Numbered from the stretch's first letter, positions 20,268-30,615 are shown. The stretch is DNA of 64,000 nucleotides from Clostridia bacterium (GCA_050951325.1 JBMNIW010000008.1:256001-320000); one strand, 5' to 3'. Notes: generated from the letters alone by a model not told the origin. Program-made: numbers and translations.

Positions 20268-20804
20268 TTAGATTTGATATAAAAAAACACCAGTCTCACC
20301 GTCTATCTCTTTTAGGCGGACTAGTACGTTTTCCATTCTGGAAGTTGGAATGTTCTTCCCTACAAAATCGGGACGGATAGGAAGTTCACGATGGCCTCTG
20401 TCAACCAAAACCGCAAGCTGTATCTTGGCTGCCCTGCCCTGGTCCATTACCGCATCCATGGCAGCACGTGCCGATCTACCCGTATAAATAACATCATCAA
20501 CCAAAACAACTTTTTTACCAATAAGCGAAAAAGGAATATCCGTATCGTTAATAACGGATTTCTTGGTGTAATTAGATAAATCATCCCTGTAGGATGTAAT
20601 GTCAAGAGCACCAAGATCAATCCTTACTCCCTCAATTTTGTAAATCGCATCTGCTATTCTTTTTGCAATAGGATAACCTTTCGATTTAATGCCTATAATG
20701 CAGAGATCTTCAGTACCATGATTTCTTTCGACTATCTGATGAGCAATACGAACAATAGCCCTTTCTACTGCTGTCTCGTCCATCATTTGTCCTTTCAACT
20801 TCAC
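20268..20804 (-). CDS. pyrR: Pyrimidine regulatory protein / uracil phosphoribosyltransferase
   Basis: LDITSYRDD, LVDDVIYTGRS, DRGHRELPI; GTG start with GGAGG RBS. Confidence 0.95.
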   Translation of the reverse strand: MKLKGQMMDETAVERAIVRIAHQIVERNHGTEDLCIIGIKSKGYPIAKRIADAIYKIEGVRIDLGALDITSYRDDLSNYTKKSVINDTDIPFSLIGKKVVLVDDVIYTGRSARAAMDAVMDQGRAAKIQLAVLVDRGHRELPIRPDFVGKNIPTSRMENVLVRLKEIDGETGVFLYQI

Positions 20805-20819
20805 AATCCTCACCTCCAC

Positions 20820-20940
20820 ACAAAAAAAAGTCTTGCCTGATTCAGAGCAGACAAGACATACTGACATAAATATACAAGAATACACTTATACTATTTATCC
20901 CGATATCTTGTCGGCATCTGAGTGCCCACTTAAAAATATC
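20820..20940 (-). promoter_or_regulatory. Probable PyrR attenuator leader
   Basis: UUUAA followed by hairpin GGCA-CUCAGA-UGCC, and terminator GUCUUGUCUG..CAGGCAAGAC-U8 just before the pyrR RBS. Confidence 0.6.
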
Positions 20941-21025
20941 GTACCCGAATGATAATAGCATTAATCAAAACAAATGTAAATACCCTAATGCAAAAATTTT
21001 TAATTTATTTTTTGCCTCCAACAAA

Positions 21026-21376
21026 CTACATAAAACTAAACAACATTCTTATCGCAGCAAGACTCGATTCGAGTTCTTCCGAAAACTGTGAAAAGAAACT
21101 TGCCATCGCCCCTGCAAATACTGTAATCAAAAGTATAAAACCAACTATGTTCAATACAAAGGATATAGCCAATATGATAAGATTTGCCTGACAATACCTT
21201 TTCCTGTTAACATTTCCTGCTCCAAATGCCCATACCAAAGTCATGATAAACCCAATACATGGAATCATTTGAACAATTAAAACAATAATCCAATCCTTGA
21301 GATCAAGAGGTTTATTATTAGGATCCTCATACTGCGGTGCATATTGGTAACCTTCATTCATATAATTGTTATCCAA
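21026..21376 (-). CDS. Small membrane protein
   Basis: IPCIGFIMTLVWAFG..NRKRYC motif; 2-3 TM helices. Confidence 0.7.
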   Translation of the reverse strand: MDNNYMNEGYQYAPQYEDPNNKPLDLKDWIIVLIVQMIPCIGFIMTLVWAFGAGNVNRKRYCQANLIILAISFVLNIVGFILLITVFAGAMASFFSQFSEELESSLAAIRMLFSFM

Positions 21377-21454
21377 ATTAATTCATCCTTTCCTTTTTCT
21401 ATATATATACAGCAAAACCATCCACTGGTCAACTGTTTTTTCATGTCTTAACTG

Positions 21455-21901
21455 TTACTTGGACAAAACTGCTTTAAGCAATCGCACAAGCAAGTTTTCG
21501 TCATAATACACCATTGGCACCTGATTTGGAAAAACCAACGCCATCCTGACACAATAAACAACCATGGTAGTTATAAGTATAAAAACAAGCAGGGACTTCA
21601 GGCTTTTTGTATCTATAAACAAAACATATTTGAAAAGTGCATAAGCCATGGCATAAAAAACAAAACTTAGAATCATGGGATGCATAACAAGACTTTCAAC
21701 AATTCTGCCCTTAAACAGCAAAATTGCGGCCCTTGTCATGCCGCATCCTGCACAAGGAAGACCTGTAAGCAATACAAAAGGGCAGTATCTAGGCAAAAAG
21801 AAATTGGCTAATAACGAGTACAAACCAAAGACCAAAATTGCAGGTATCGCTATTCTCAAATCCTCCAAGAAGATTCCAATTCCCTTTCGCAGCCTTTTCA
21901 C
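21455..21901 (-). CDS. DUF2752-domain membrane protein
   Basis: CPF..LTGLPCAGCGMTRA..HP. Confidence 0.8.
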   Translation of the reverse strand: MKRLRKGIGIFLEDLRIAIPAILVFGLYSLLANFFLPRYCPFVLLTGLPCAGCGMTRAAILLFKGRIVESLVMHPMILSFVFYAMAYALFKYVLFIDTKSLKSLLVFILITTMVVYCVRMALVFPNQVPMVYYDENLLVRLLKAVLSK

Positions 21902-21981
21902 TCAATTCTTCCTTTCTTGAAATTTCGTCTATTATACCATATACTAACTTTTGAAATCAATACTGCCGGGAGTGAAGCTAA

Positions 21982-23721
21982 ATGAAACCACTTTTAATAT
22001 ACCCAACACCTAAAAAGGTTGAATACATGGAAGGTACAAGCAAGAAAACAAGCGAGATAGTAAAAATACATAAGGAATACAAAAATGAAGAAGAATACAG
22101 AATTGAGATAAAAGACGATACAATAAAACTGTTCGGAAGCGATGTAGGGTTGTTTCGGGCAGAAACTACCCTGAAGCTAATCTTATCGCAATGCAATTTA
22201 AGAATACCAAATTTAAAGATAAAAGACAGCCCTGATTTTAGTGTAAGAGGGGTAATGCTGGATATATCAAGAAGCAAGATACCCTCCATGGATACCCTTT
22301 ATCACATAATAGACATACTGGCTGATTTGAAAATAAATCAGCTGCAATTGTACATAGAAGGGTTTTCTTTTGCATATGAAAGCTTTCCCGATGTATGGAA
22401 AGACCAAACACCTGTCAAAGGAGAAGAAATACTTGAGATTGACAGATACTGCAGGGAAAGATACATCGAACTTGTTCCAAACCAGAATAGTTTTGGACAC
22501 ATGGGGCCTTGGCTTGCGAGGGAAGAGTTCAAAGACCTTGCAGAGTGTCCGGAGGGTTTTGAGTTTCAGGGTACTTTCATACCCACTCCCTTGTGTCTGA
22601 ATCCTCTTGATGACAGGTCTTTTGATTTTGTTAAGACCTTGTACGATGACCTTTTGCCTTACTTTTCATCAGACAAGTTCAATGTGGGATGCGATGAAAC
22701 CTTGGAACTTGGAAAAGGAAAAAGCAAAAGTCTTTGCGAAGAAGTTGGAGTTGGCAGAGTATACAAGAACTTTTTAATGAAAATCTATGAGGATGTTAAA
22801 AGAAGGGGAAAAACCATGATGTTCTGGGGAGATATTATCCTTTCCTACCCTGAACTTATACCCGAACTTCCCAAGGATGTAATTGCCCTTAACTGGGGGT
22901 ACCTGTCCACACAGCCAACTGAAGCAAGCTGCAAAATTTTCAAGGAAGCAAACATCCCGTTTTACACCTGTCCTGGAACTGCATCATGGAACAGCATCTG
23001 GGGTCAGACCGACCAGATGATAACCAACATAGACAATGCGGCAAGATACGGCAAAAAACACGGTGCCATTGGCCTTCTGAACACAGACTGGGGCGACAAT
23101 GGACACTTGCAGTACCTGCCTGTAAGTTATGCTGGTTTTGCATATGGAGCTGCAATGTCTTGGAATACAAGAAAAAGGAGCGAAAACTACAACAACCTTC
23201 CCAGGTATCTGACCAAATTCATATTTGAGGATGAGAGTGAATTAATGGGGAATCTGGTACTTGAAGCTGGTCTTTATCATACATATGAGGAAATCAAACA
23301 GAACAACATAACAAACCTTGTAAGGGTTCTGTACTCCCCTCTTGATGAAAAAGAATCTGTCAAAGGAACCACATCAGAGCATATTGCATCAAGAATTTAC
23401 CCGTATATCAATAAAATACTGTATTCATTGAATGAAACTAAAATGAAATGCAAGGATGCAAATCTTATAATCGATGAATATATAAACAGCGGAAGAATGC
23501 TCAAGTTTGCATGCCATCTTGCCTGCTACAAGCTTGGATACTATGGCCTTTTGGATTCCTTCCCGGATTCAGACATGACAAAGGATGAGTTTAAAAGTGT
23601 TCTTCTTGGCATGCAGGAAACAATAATGGATGAGCATAAAAGACTTTGGAAAATTAGAAATAGAAAAGGAGGCCTTGAAGACAGCCTCCGTGTTGTAACC
23701 AAAATTTTACCAGACAACTGA
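21982..23721 (+). CDS. Cytoplasmic GH20-family hexosaminidase-like hydrolase
   Basis: RGVMLDISR, PNQNSFGH, NVGCDET, TDWGDNGH; no signal peptide. Confidence 0.85.
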   Translation: MKPLLIYPTPKKVEYMEGTSKKTSEIVKIHKEYKNEEEYRIEIKDDTIKLFGSDVGLFRAETTLKLILSQCNLRIPNLKIKDSPDFSVRGVMLDISRSKIPSMDTLYHIIDILADLKINQLQLYIEGFSFAYESFPDVWKDQTPVKGEEILEIDRYCRERYIELVPNQNSFGHMGPWLAREEFKDLAECPEGFEFQGTFIPTPLCLNPLDDRSFDFVKTLYDDLLPYFSSDKFNVGCDETLELGKGKSKSLCEEVGVGRVYKNFLMKIYEDVKRRGKTMMFWGDIILSYPELIPELPKDVIALNWGYLSTQPTEASCKIFKEANIPFYTCPGTASWNSIWGQTDQMITNIDNAARYGKKHGAIGLLNTDWGDNGHLQYLPVSYAGFAYGAAMSWNTRKRSENYNNLPRYLTKFIFEDESELMGNLVLEAGLYHTYEEIKQNNITNLVRVLYSPLDEKESVKGTTSEHIASRIYPYINKILYSLNETKMKCKDANLIIDEYINSGRMLKFACHLACYKLGYYGLLDSFPDSDMTKDEFKSVLLGMQETIMDEHKRLWKIRNRKGGLEDSLRVVTKILPDN

Positions 23722-24801
23722 TGGTTCTCCATGCAGGTTTGGCAGTGGATGAGGGCGAACCAAGGCTCCACCGTTTTCATAAGACTCAATGACCGCAAAG
23801 GTGGCCTCTAGGGTTGCCAATGCGTCTCTTCCAGAGGAACGGATGAATTCCTTTGGTACCTTTTTGGTTATATCCTCAAGGAATGCATGTATCCTTGTTG
23901 GGAAGGTGGAGTTGAAATCGGCTATGCCGGTATTCATGACAACGGGTGGGTTTGGAGCTTCACCCTTCTTCGGCGATTCCCAGAAAGTAAGTTTTTCCAC
24001 ACAGTTTTCAATGCAGAAAGTTCCCTTCGTTCCTGCCATTTCAAAGCTCCACCATCCACCAAGACCGAACATGGCATCTCCTCTTTGCGACAAAAGATAC
24101 CCGACAGAGCCATTCTCAAACCTGACATGTATCGAGTTTATAGACAACATCAAATCATCCGCACTCTTTCTTACACCAGGCTTGTTCAGAAAAGCCTGCA
24201 CATGAGTAATTTCACCGCAGAAATATCTCATGACTGAAAACGGATGTGCCAAAAATGCCTTCACATGGGAATATGGTCTCTGCCATCTGGGAGAAGCCAC
24301 GCCACCGTAAACATCCTCTCCGCCATTAAAGCCTACCTTGTGCAGACAGTATACAGGTTCTCCCACTTTACCTTCCTTGATATACTGCATTGCCCTGTCC
24401 GCAGGCTGGGTGAAATAGTGGTTCAGGTTGCATCCCAGATAAACATCTTTCTTTCTTGCCAGGTCAACCATTTCTCTTGCTTCTCTTACATCGTTTGATA
24501 TGGGCTTTTCAACCAGAACATTGTATCCCAAATCCAATGCATACATTGTTGGCTCATAGTGCCATGAACCATTCTCATATCCTGATGTGGTAACATCTAC
24601 AATATCAATATCTGGTCTGTCCTTTAGCATATCCTTTATCGAGTAATATGCCTTTACACCCCATCTTTCAGCAGCACTGTCTGCCTTTTCCTTAACTATG
24701 TCGCAAACCGCAACAAGTTCTGCCAGTTCATCATTTACATAGCAGCTTGCATGAACATTTCCTATACCACCCATACCTACAATACCAACTTTAAGCGCCA
24801 T
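23707..24801 (-). CDS. Gfo/Idh/MocA oxidoreductase
   Basis: GIVGMGGIG, VLVEKP. Confidence 0.9.
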   Translation of the reverse strand: MALKVGIVGMGGIGNVHASCYVNDELAELVAVCDIVKEKADSAAERWGVKAYYSIKDMLKDRPDIDIVDVTTSGYENGSWHYEPTMYALDLGYNVLVEKPISNDVREAREMVDLARKKDVYLGCNLNHYFTQPADRAMQYIKEGKVGEPVYCLHKVGFNGGEDVYGGVASPRWQRPYSHVKAFLAHPFSVMRYFCGEITHVQAFLNKPGVRKSADDLMLSINSIHVRFENGSVGYLLSQRGDAMFGLGGWWSFEMAGTKGTFCIENCVEKLTFWESPKKGEAPNPPVVMNTGIADFNSTFPTRIHAFLEDITKKVPKEFIRSSGRDALATLEATFAVIESYENGGALVRPHPLPNLHGEPSVVW

Positions 24802-24811
24802 ACTAAACCTC

Positions 24812-25831
24812 CTATTCTGTAATGCTTTTAACCTTTACAGGCATATTCAACTCCAACGACTTGATAGCAGCGTGAATAACGCGGCTTGCTTCAAGACCAG
24901 CTTCACCGCTGCCATCTATTTCTTCAGGTTTTGCCCCATCATATATCTGATTTACAAATGATCCAATTCTGTCTTTGAAAGTATCGAAGAAACTTTCAAA
25001 CCCTCCAAATACAGGATTTGTATACACTTCCTTTAATGGATTGCCAGCTGGATACAAAACAGCTTCCCGCCACATATCCTCAAAAACAAGCCTTCCCTTG
25101 ACACCTGCCACTTCGCATCTTTCCATTGGATGTCCTCTTGCAATGTCATAGGAGCTTGTAAGATGTCCTACTGCGCCATTTGCAAACTTGATATTGACGG
25201 AAGCAGTAGACCAGATGCTCCTTCCGGGAGCTTTCATTGCATAGCAGTGGACTTCGTCAATATCTCCGCAGAAATACCTCATAATATCCACACTGTGTGG
25301 ATTCAATGCCTTCAAATGATAGTAGGGAGACTCAAAATCCTGAGGTTTTCCTATCCACAAGGCCATGTTGCAGAAAAGAAGGTCTCCTATCCTGCCTTCT
25401 TCCTGCCATTTCTTTGCCTGCCTTGCAGCAGGGGTGAACCTGTGGTTCAGATTTACACCCAGGCAAAGCCCCTTTTCTTTTGCAGTGTCAACCATGATTT
25501 GGCCATGCTTTATGCTGTTCGATATGGGCTTTTCACACAGGACATGGCTCCCATGCTCAAGAGCTATAATGCAGGGCTCAAAATGGTCGGAGCTATACTC
25601 ATAGCCTCCCGTACATATGCTGGTAATGTCTGGTTTAAGCTCCCTGAGCATGGTATCACAATTTAAGTAATACGGAACGTTGAATCTCTTTCCTCCATTG
25701 ATTGCCCTTTCGGGAATTATATCGCAGACTCCCACCAGTTCCACATTAGGTAGTTTTGAATAACATTCCGAGTGTATGTTTCCTATAGGTCCCATCCCTA
25801 TTACGCAGGCGCGTAACTTTTTATCCATCAT
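24812..25831 (-). CDS. Gfo/Idh/MocA oxidoreductase
   Basis: VIGMGPIG, VLCEKP, NHRF, HSVD. Confidence 0.9.
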   Translation of the reverse strand: MMDKKLRACVIGMGPIGNIHSECYSKLPNVELVGVCDIIPERAINGGKRFNVPYYLNCDTMLRELKPDITSICTGGYEYSSDHFEPCIIALEHGSHVLCEKPISNSIKHGQIMVDTAKEKGLCLGVNLNHRFTPAARQAKKWQEEGRIGDLLFCNMALWIGKPQDFESPYYHLKALNPHSVDIMRYFCGDIDEVHCYAMKAPGRSIWSTASVNIKFANGAVGHLTSSYDIARGHPMERCEVAGVKGRLVFEDMWREAVLYPAGNPLKEVYTNPVFGGFESFFDTFKDRIGSFVNQIYDGAKPEEIDGSGEAGLEASRVIHAAIKSLELNMPVKVKSITE

Positions 25832-27219
25832 TTATTACCTTCTTTCTGCTGAAGGCGTTTTGCAGCTTCCGGATCCCCTATATGCAGAGTATCATACGCA
25901 TCCTTTGAAGACTTGAAAGCACCTTCTCCATAACCGTGCCAGTTCAGATTTGTGTACATCGGATTTTCCCTGCCGGTCTGACTGGTTCTCCTCAATATAT
26001 GTTTCTCCATCCTCTTCTTAAGCATCTCCACTACTTCAGGATTTTCGGAAGCCACATTGTGGTTTTCCCCAGGATCCTTTACCAGGTTGTACAACTCAAT
26101 CTCGGGTTTGAAGTGGAAATCCGGCTCAAGAGCAACAATAAGTTTCCACTCCGGTGTCCTCCAGCCGTGCTTTCTCATCCATGTGCATTCGGTGATGTAG
26201 AATTCGGGTTCGGGCTCTCTGTACTCTCCTCTTACAAGAGGCACAAGACTACTGCCTTGCAAAACATCCTTGTCATATTCAACATCCAGTATATCAAGAA
26301 GGGTTGGCACAATATCCTTAAGCTGGCAGTAATCCTTGATTCTCATGCCCTTTGGCAAACCCTTGTATTTAATAATCAGAGGAACATTCAATGTGCAGTC
26401 ATACAGACCGTGATGGTCGAAGTAGCAGTCATGCTCCATCAGCGTCTCTCCATGGTCGGAGGTAAATATTACAAGAGTCTCATCCTCTATTCCCAAAGCC
26501 TCAAGTTTCGTAAGAATGCTCTGAATGCACACATCCATGTAGGCTATGGCTGCATCATACTGGGCAATTATGTACTCCGCATCGGTGCAATAAGGTGGGA
26601 ACCAGGAATAGAAATAATCTCTGAAAGGCTTGAACTCATAAACCTTTTCCAGGGATTTGTTGTTCTTGTCAAACTCATCGCCCTGATAAAACATCTTGTG
26701 GAATGGTTCAGGCGGCAGATATGGCGAATGCGGATCCATATGCCTCATGAACAACATAAATGGTTTGCCTTCCTTGTGCAATCTTTCAAGTTCGGGTAAG
26801 GCCACCGCATTCAAGTTTTCCGCCTTGTGTGCCCTTCCGTCATCTGAAGCACCCCATCCCTCAAAGTCTATATATGTGTCAAATCCCCTTGATGCTGCAT
26901 TGCCTCTAAATCCAATGCATGTGGTGTTGTATCCGTAATCCTTGAGTATCTCAGGCAGTGTTCTTACACCTTCTGCAATTCCACCCACATGCCTTAAAGC
27001 CACTACATTTGTTCCGAAACAGTCCATTCCTGTCAGCATGGATGAATAACCACTGGTAGTAGGAATATGGGGACTGAAGCAGTGCTCGAACACAACCCCA
27101 CCCTGGGCATACTTGTCTATATGGGGTGTGGTGAGTCTTTTGTAGCCATAAAGACTCATATGGTCAGAGCGCAAACTATCAATACCAAAAAAAACAATAT
27201 TCGGTCTCTTCTTTGACAT
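25828..27219 (-). CDS. Sulfatase-like (alkaline phosphatase superfamily) hydrolase lacking the CxPxR motif
   Basis: PNIV..IDSLRSDH, DPHSPY, TSDHGE, ELYNL..DPGE; TTSGY at the nucleophile site. Confidence 0.8.
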   Translation of the reverse strand: MSKKRPNIVFFGIDSLRSDHMSLYGYKRLTTPHIDKYAQGGVVFEHCFSPHIPTTSGYSSMLTGMDCFGTNVVALRHVGGIAEGVRTLPEILKDYGYNTTCIGFRGNAASRGFDTYIDFEGWGASDDGRAHKAENLNAVALPELERLHKEGKPFMLFMRHMDPHSPYLPPEPFHKMFYQGDEFDKNNKSLEKVYEFKPFRDYFYSWFPPYCTDAEYIIAQYDAAIAYMDVCIQSILTKLEALGIEDETLVIFTSDHGETLMEHDCYFDHHGLYDCTLNVPLIIKYKGLPKGMRIKDYCQLKDIVPTLLDILDVEYDKDVLQGSSLVPLVRGEYREPEPEFYITECTWMRKHGWRTPEWKLIVALEPDFHFKPEIELYNLVKDPGENHNVASENPEVVEMLKKRMEKHILRRTSQTGRENPMYTNLNWHGYGEGAFKSSKDAYDTLHIGDPEAAKRLQQKEGNK

Positions 27220-27233
27220 GAGTACTACCTCCT

Positions 27234-28031
27234 TTATCTTGCTCCAAGAATTTTCAAACAAGCATTCATATATCCATAGCTTTCCGCAGCTATAATTGAT
27301 GCTTCAACCAAATCAAGATCAGGACCAATAACCTCAAGACACACAGGACCTGAAAATTTTCCCTCCACCATTGCCTTGAAATAGCCAAAGAGGTTAATGT
27401 CTCCTCTGCCGCAGGCCTGGTTTGCAGGCTCACCAGGAGATGGTCCCAACCCCTTGCAGTCCCTTATATGTACATGCCTTACCCTGCTCAAGACACTTGG
27501 CAGCGCTTCCTCAGGCTTTTCTCCTGCCCTGTGTATGTGGCTTGGATCCATGTCAATTCCGAACCAGGGGTTGTCAATTTGCTCCATTGCATAAAGCGTG
27601 GTTGGTGTATTGTATATTGCCGCCCCCACATGAGCCTTAACACATAGTGTCACTTTGTACTGTGCGGCAAGCTCAGCCAGGGAATTAAGAGTCTCGACGG
27701 ATTGTTTCAAAGACACTTCGTCGTCAGACTTGCCTCCAGGACCTATATTTACAACCGGTATTCCAATTTCAGCACACGCTTCAAAAGCCTTTAACAGCCT
27801 GTCTCTATCAAGGGAGGCCACTTCCGTTGACAAAAGCTCAAGACCGAACTCGTCTGTAACTGATAGAATCTCGACCTTATCCTTTTTCCAGTCATCAAGG
27901 TTTAAATGCTCGCACATACCCTTGATGGCTGAAATCTCGATACCGTCGTATCCCGCCTTACCAATCGCCCTGCAAGCCTCTCTCAGGCTGTAGGCTTTAA
28001 ACAAAACAGTGTTGACACCAAGCTTAATCAT
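27234..28031 (-). CDS. Xylose-isomerase-like TIM barrel (sugar phosphate isomerase/epimerase family)
   Basis: GYDGIE, DMDPSH, HVHIRD, G.GDIN, CLE. Confidence 0.85.
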   Translation of the reverse strand: MIKLGVNTVLFKAYSLREACRAIGKAGYDGIEISAIKGMCEHLNLDDWKKDKVEILSVTDEFGLELLSTEVASLDRDRLLKAFEACAEIGIPVVNIGPGGKSDDEVSLKQSVETLNSLAELAAQYKVTLCVKAHVGAAIYNTPTTLYAMEQIDNPWFGIDMDPSHIHRAGEKPEEALPSVLSRVRHVHIRDCKGLGPSPGEPANQACGRGDINLFGYFKAMVEGKFSGPVCLEVIGPDLDLVEASIIAAESYGYMNACLKILGAR

Positions 28032-28039
28032 ATTTCCTC

Positions 28040-28879
28040 CTATCTGTTCATTAATTTTAAACTTTCTTCGTTGAACCTCATGACTCTCTCATAAGTCATC
28101 CCGGCAGTATCCTTGTTCGGATACTCAATAATGAATGGGAATCCTTCCGTGTAAGTATGATAAAGAGATAAAAATAAAGGCCAATCGATATCCCCGTCAC
28201 CAATAAGGCGACCGTAGGTATCGTTGACCTTTCTGTCTTTTCCGTGAAAATAGAAGACGTGATCTTTAAGGTATCTGAACATGTCTTCCTCTGAGGAATT
28301 AGCTATCAGGTTTGCTGGATCCAATAAGACCTTAACCCTGTCGGAACCTATCTGCTCGATAAAATCCCTCATTCTTTTCGCAGAAGGGATAACATCCAGT
28401 ACACAAGGCTCAATAGCGACATATTCATCATATTTCTCCGCCAGATCCGCCAAATACGAAACGCTTTCCTTAAGCAAATTAAAATCCGACTCGTATCTGT
28501 GCGCCTGTACTCCTCTTGAGTGCGGATCAAAGCCGCATTCAGTTGACAAACATTTTATACCTGCATGACTTGCCAACTCCATATGTTTGGCAAAGTAATC
28601 CAGATTTGCCTTTCTTGCTTCCGGCTCCTTTTCTATAAGGTTGGTGAATACACCAAGCGCAGAAACATCAACACTCTGCTTTCTGTAGGATTCTACGATT
28701 CCAAGAAATCTGTCAAGTGTCATATCGGACAAGTCCGTCCTCCCGTTATACCTCCAGTAATTCGAATCATTCTGGACAAGACAAAGTTCCGTACACTTGT
28801 AACCTATCTCTGCAATCATGCGAGCAGCTTCCTCATTCGTCAAGCCTGTAAAACTTCTGGTTGTTATCCCAATATTCAT
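28040..28879 (-). CDS. Xylose-isomerase-like TIM barrel protein
   Basis: AIEP, LLDPAN, FHGKD, GDGDIDW, IIE. Confidence 0.85.
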   Translation of the reverse strand: MNIGITTRSFTGLTNEEAARMIAEIGYKCTELCLVQNDSNYWRYNGRTDLSDMTLDRFLGIVESYRKQSVDVSALGVFTNLIEKEPEARKANLDYFAKHMELASHAGIKCLSTECGFDPHSRGVQAHRYESDFNLLKESVSYLADLAEKYDEYVAIEPCVLDVIPSAKRMRDFIEQIGSDRVKVLLDPANLIANSSEEDMFRYLKDHVFYFHGKDRKVNDTYGRLIGDGDIDWPLFLSLYHTYTEGFPFIIEYPNKDTAGMTYERVMRFNEESLKLMNR

Positions 28880-28899
28880 TTTTTCACCTCACTAAGGAT

Positions 28900-29667
28900 T
28901 TATACGCTTCTCAAAACTTCCAGTGCAGTTTTGCCTTCCTTTACCAGATCTCTAATAACTGCTTCAACGCTAATTCTACCTTCAAACCCTATCTCCCTCA
29001 GGATGTCAAAGAACTCCTGATATCTGTCCTCGGTGGGACTAGCTGGAGCAGGCCTTCCGGGTATTGAATAAGCAGATACATGCACATGCACAAGGTCCTT
29101 TCCTACTTCCTTCAAGGAATTAAGATCTTCTTTGTTGTTCATCATATGAAAAAAATCTGCCATGACTTTTATGTAGTCGCTTCCGACTCTTCTTGATACC
29201 TCCAAAGCATCAAGTACGGTATTGACAACATTAGTCTCCGCATAGGACAAAGGCTCAATACCAACCACTATGTTGTACCTGCCTGCAATATCGCCGACAA
29301 TCCTCAAAGCATTACTGAAATCCTCAATAGCCTTTTCATGAGAATATCCTTCGGAATACTTTCTACTTCTACCGCTTCCAAGAATGCAGGTATCAATACC
29401 CAGCCTCGATGCCCTTCCAAGAGCCAGATTCGTATACTCCGCTATTTGCTTAGCATTAAAATCCGGCCATACAACCCTTATATGGGCTGGGAAGAATCCG
29501 TTGGCAGCCTCAATCTTGACATCGCTCTTTGCATTCTCCTCGTAGAGTTTTTCAAACTCTTCATCGCTCATATCAGCAATTCCTGCTAGAGACACCTCCG
29601 CATAATCACAGTCAATTTCCTTCAAATATTTTATTTGGTTGACTCCAACACAAATACCAAACTTCAT
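28900..29667 (-). CDS. Xylose-isomerase-like TIM barrel (psicose/tagatose 3-epimerase-like)
   Basis: GSGRSR, IEPL..ETN, ADFFHM, HVHVS, SVE. Confidence 0.85.
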   Translation of the reverse strand: MKFGICVGVNQIKYLKEIDCDYAEVSLAGIADMSDEEFEKLYEENAKSDVKIEAANGFFPAHIRVVWPDFNAKQIAEYTNLALGRASRLGIDTCILGSGRSRKYSEGYSHEKAIEDFSNALRIVGDIAGRYNIVVGIEPLSYAETNVVNTVLDALEVSRRVGSDYIKVMADFFHMMNNKEDLNSLKEVGKDLVHVHVSAYSIPGRPAPASPTEDRYQEFFDILREIGFEGRISVEAVIRDLVKEGKTALEVLRSV

Positions 29668-29757
29668 AATACACCTCCACGTCTTTTATAAACTCTTCTG
29701 AATTGTAACATACAATCAGAATATTTCAATTGCAAAACATGCTCTTTTAATATCATT

Positions 29758-30615
29758 CTATATATATATCTCATGCATGTTATTCTGTTTGTTCATATTG
29801 AAAAGCAAAACCATCATTACTGCAGTTGCAATACCCGACACCAACAACACCGGTATAGCTGGAAGACTGTCAAATCTCACACCAATAAGCGCTCCAATTA
29901 TTCCATTTATTATGTGGGTGACGTTAAAACCAACATGTAACAATATAGACCCCAGGAGCGACTCTGTCATTTCATATACATAAACGCACACCAGTCCCAT
30001 GACCCCTGCATATATTGCCTGCAACATGTTGCCATGGACTGCGCCAAACACAACAGCTGATATCAATGCCGCTATCCATGCTGCTGAATGCCTTTTCAAG
30101 ACAGTATAAATAAGTCCTCTAAAAACCACCTCTTCCAATATGGGAGCACAGACAACAACAGCCAGTATGATAAATAATACCGGGCCATAAAAAGATGTAT
30201 GTTGATCATGGTCCTCGATCCAGGTTTCGGGTATCGGCACAAGTTCCATCACTGCTATGGATGCCATGTTCAATGCATATCCAAGGAAAAAGGATAACAT
30301 TACGAAAGGCCACTGTATTTTTTTCAGCCTTGTATACTCGTTAAGATTCTTGTTGATAAATATAAAAAAAGCATAAAAAATTATAACTAAAATTATTGTG
30401 GTTAAAACAAATATGGTTGGAACGAGAGCTTCAAAAACTTCCATCAGTTTAATCTGCAACTCTTGCTGACTCATCTCCGGATTCTGTGATAAAATCACCG
30501 GACTTATTGAGAACAAAATAACTATACTAATACCGTTGCTTACCAGAAAGTATACCAGGAAAGCCGCAGCTGCCAACATAATACCTATAAAAAAACGACC
30601 AACTTTAGATTGCAT
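29758..30615 (-). CDS. CPBP/CAAX (Abi) intramembrane metalloprotease
   Basis: EEVVFRG, FGAVH, H..FN. Confidence 0.88.
   Translation of the reverse strand: MQSKVGRFFIGIMLAAAAFLVYFLVSNGISIVILFSISPVILSQNPEMSQQELQIKLMEVFEALVPTIFVLTTIILVIIFYAFFIFINKNLNEYTRLKKIQWPFVMLSFFLGYALNMASIAVMELVPIPETWIEDHDQHTSFYGPVLFIILAVVVCAPILEEVVFRGLIYTVLKRHSAAWIAALISAVVFGAVHGNMLQAIYAGVMGLVCVYVYEMTESLLGSILLHVGFNVTHIINGIIGALIGVRFDSLPAIPVLLVSGIATAVMMVLLFNMNKQNNMHEIYI

Noticed and set aside
6641-29667. Functional link between the DUF1080-like proteins and the Gfo/TIM-barrel operon
   Set aside because: Different compartments and genomic contexts (island vs backbone), and the DUF1080 assignment is itself tentative
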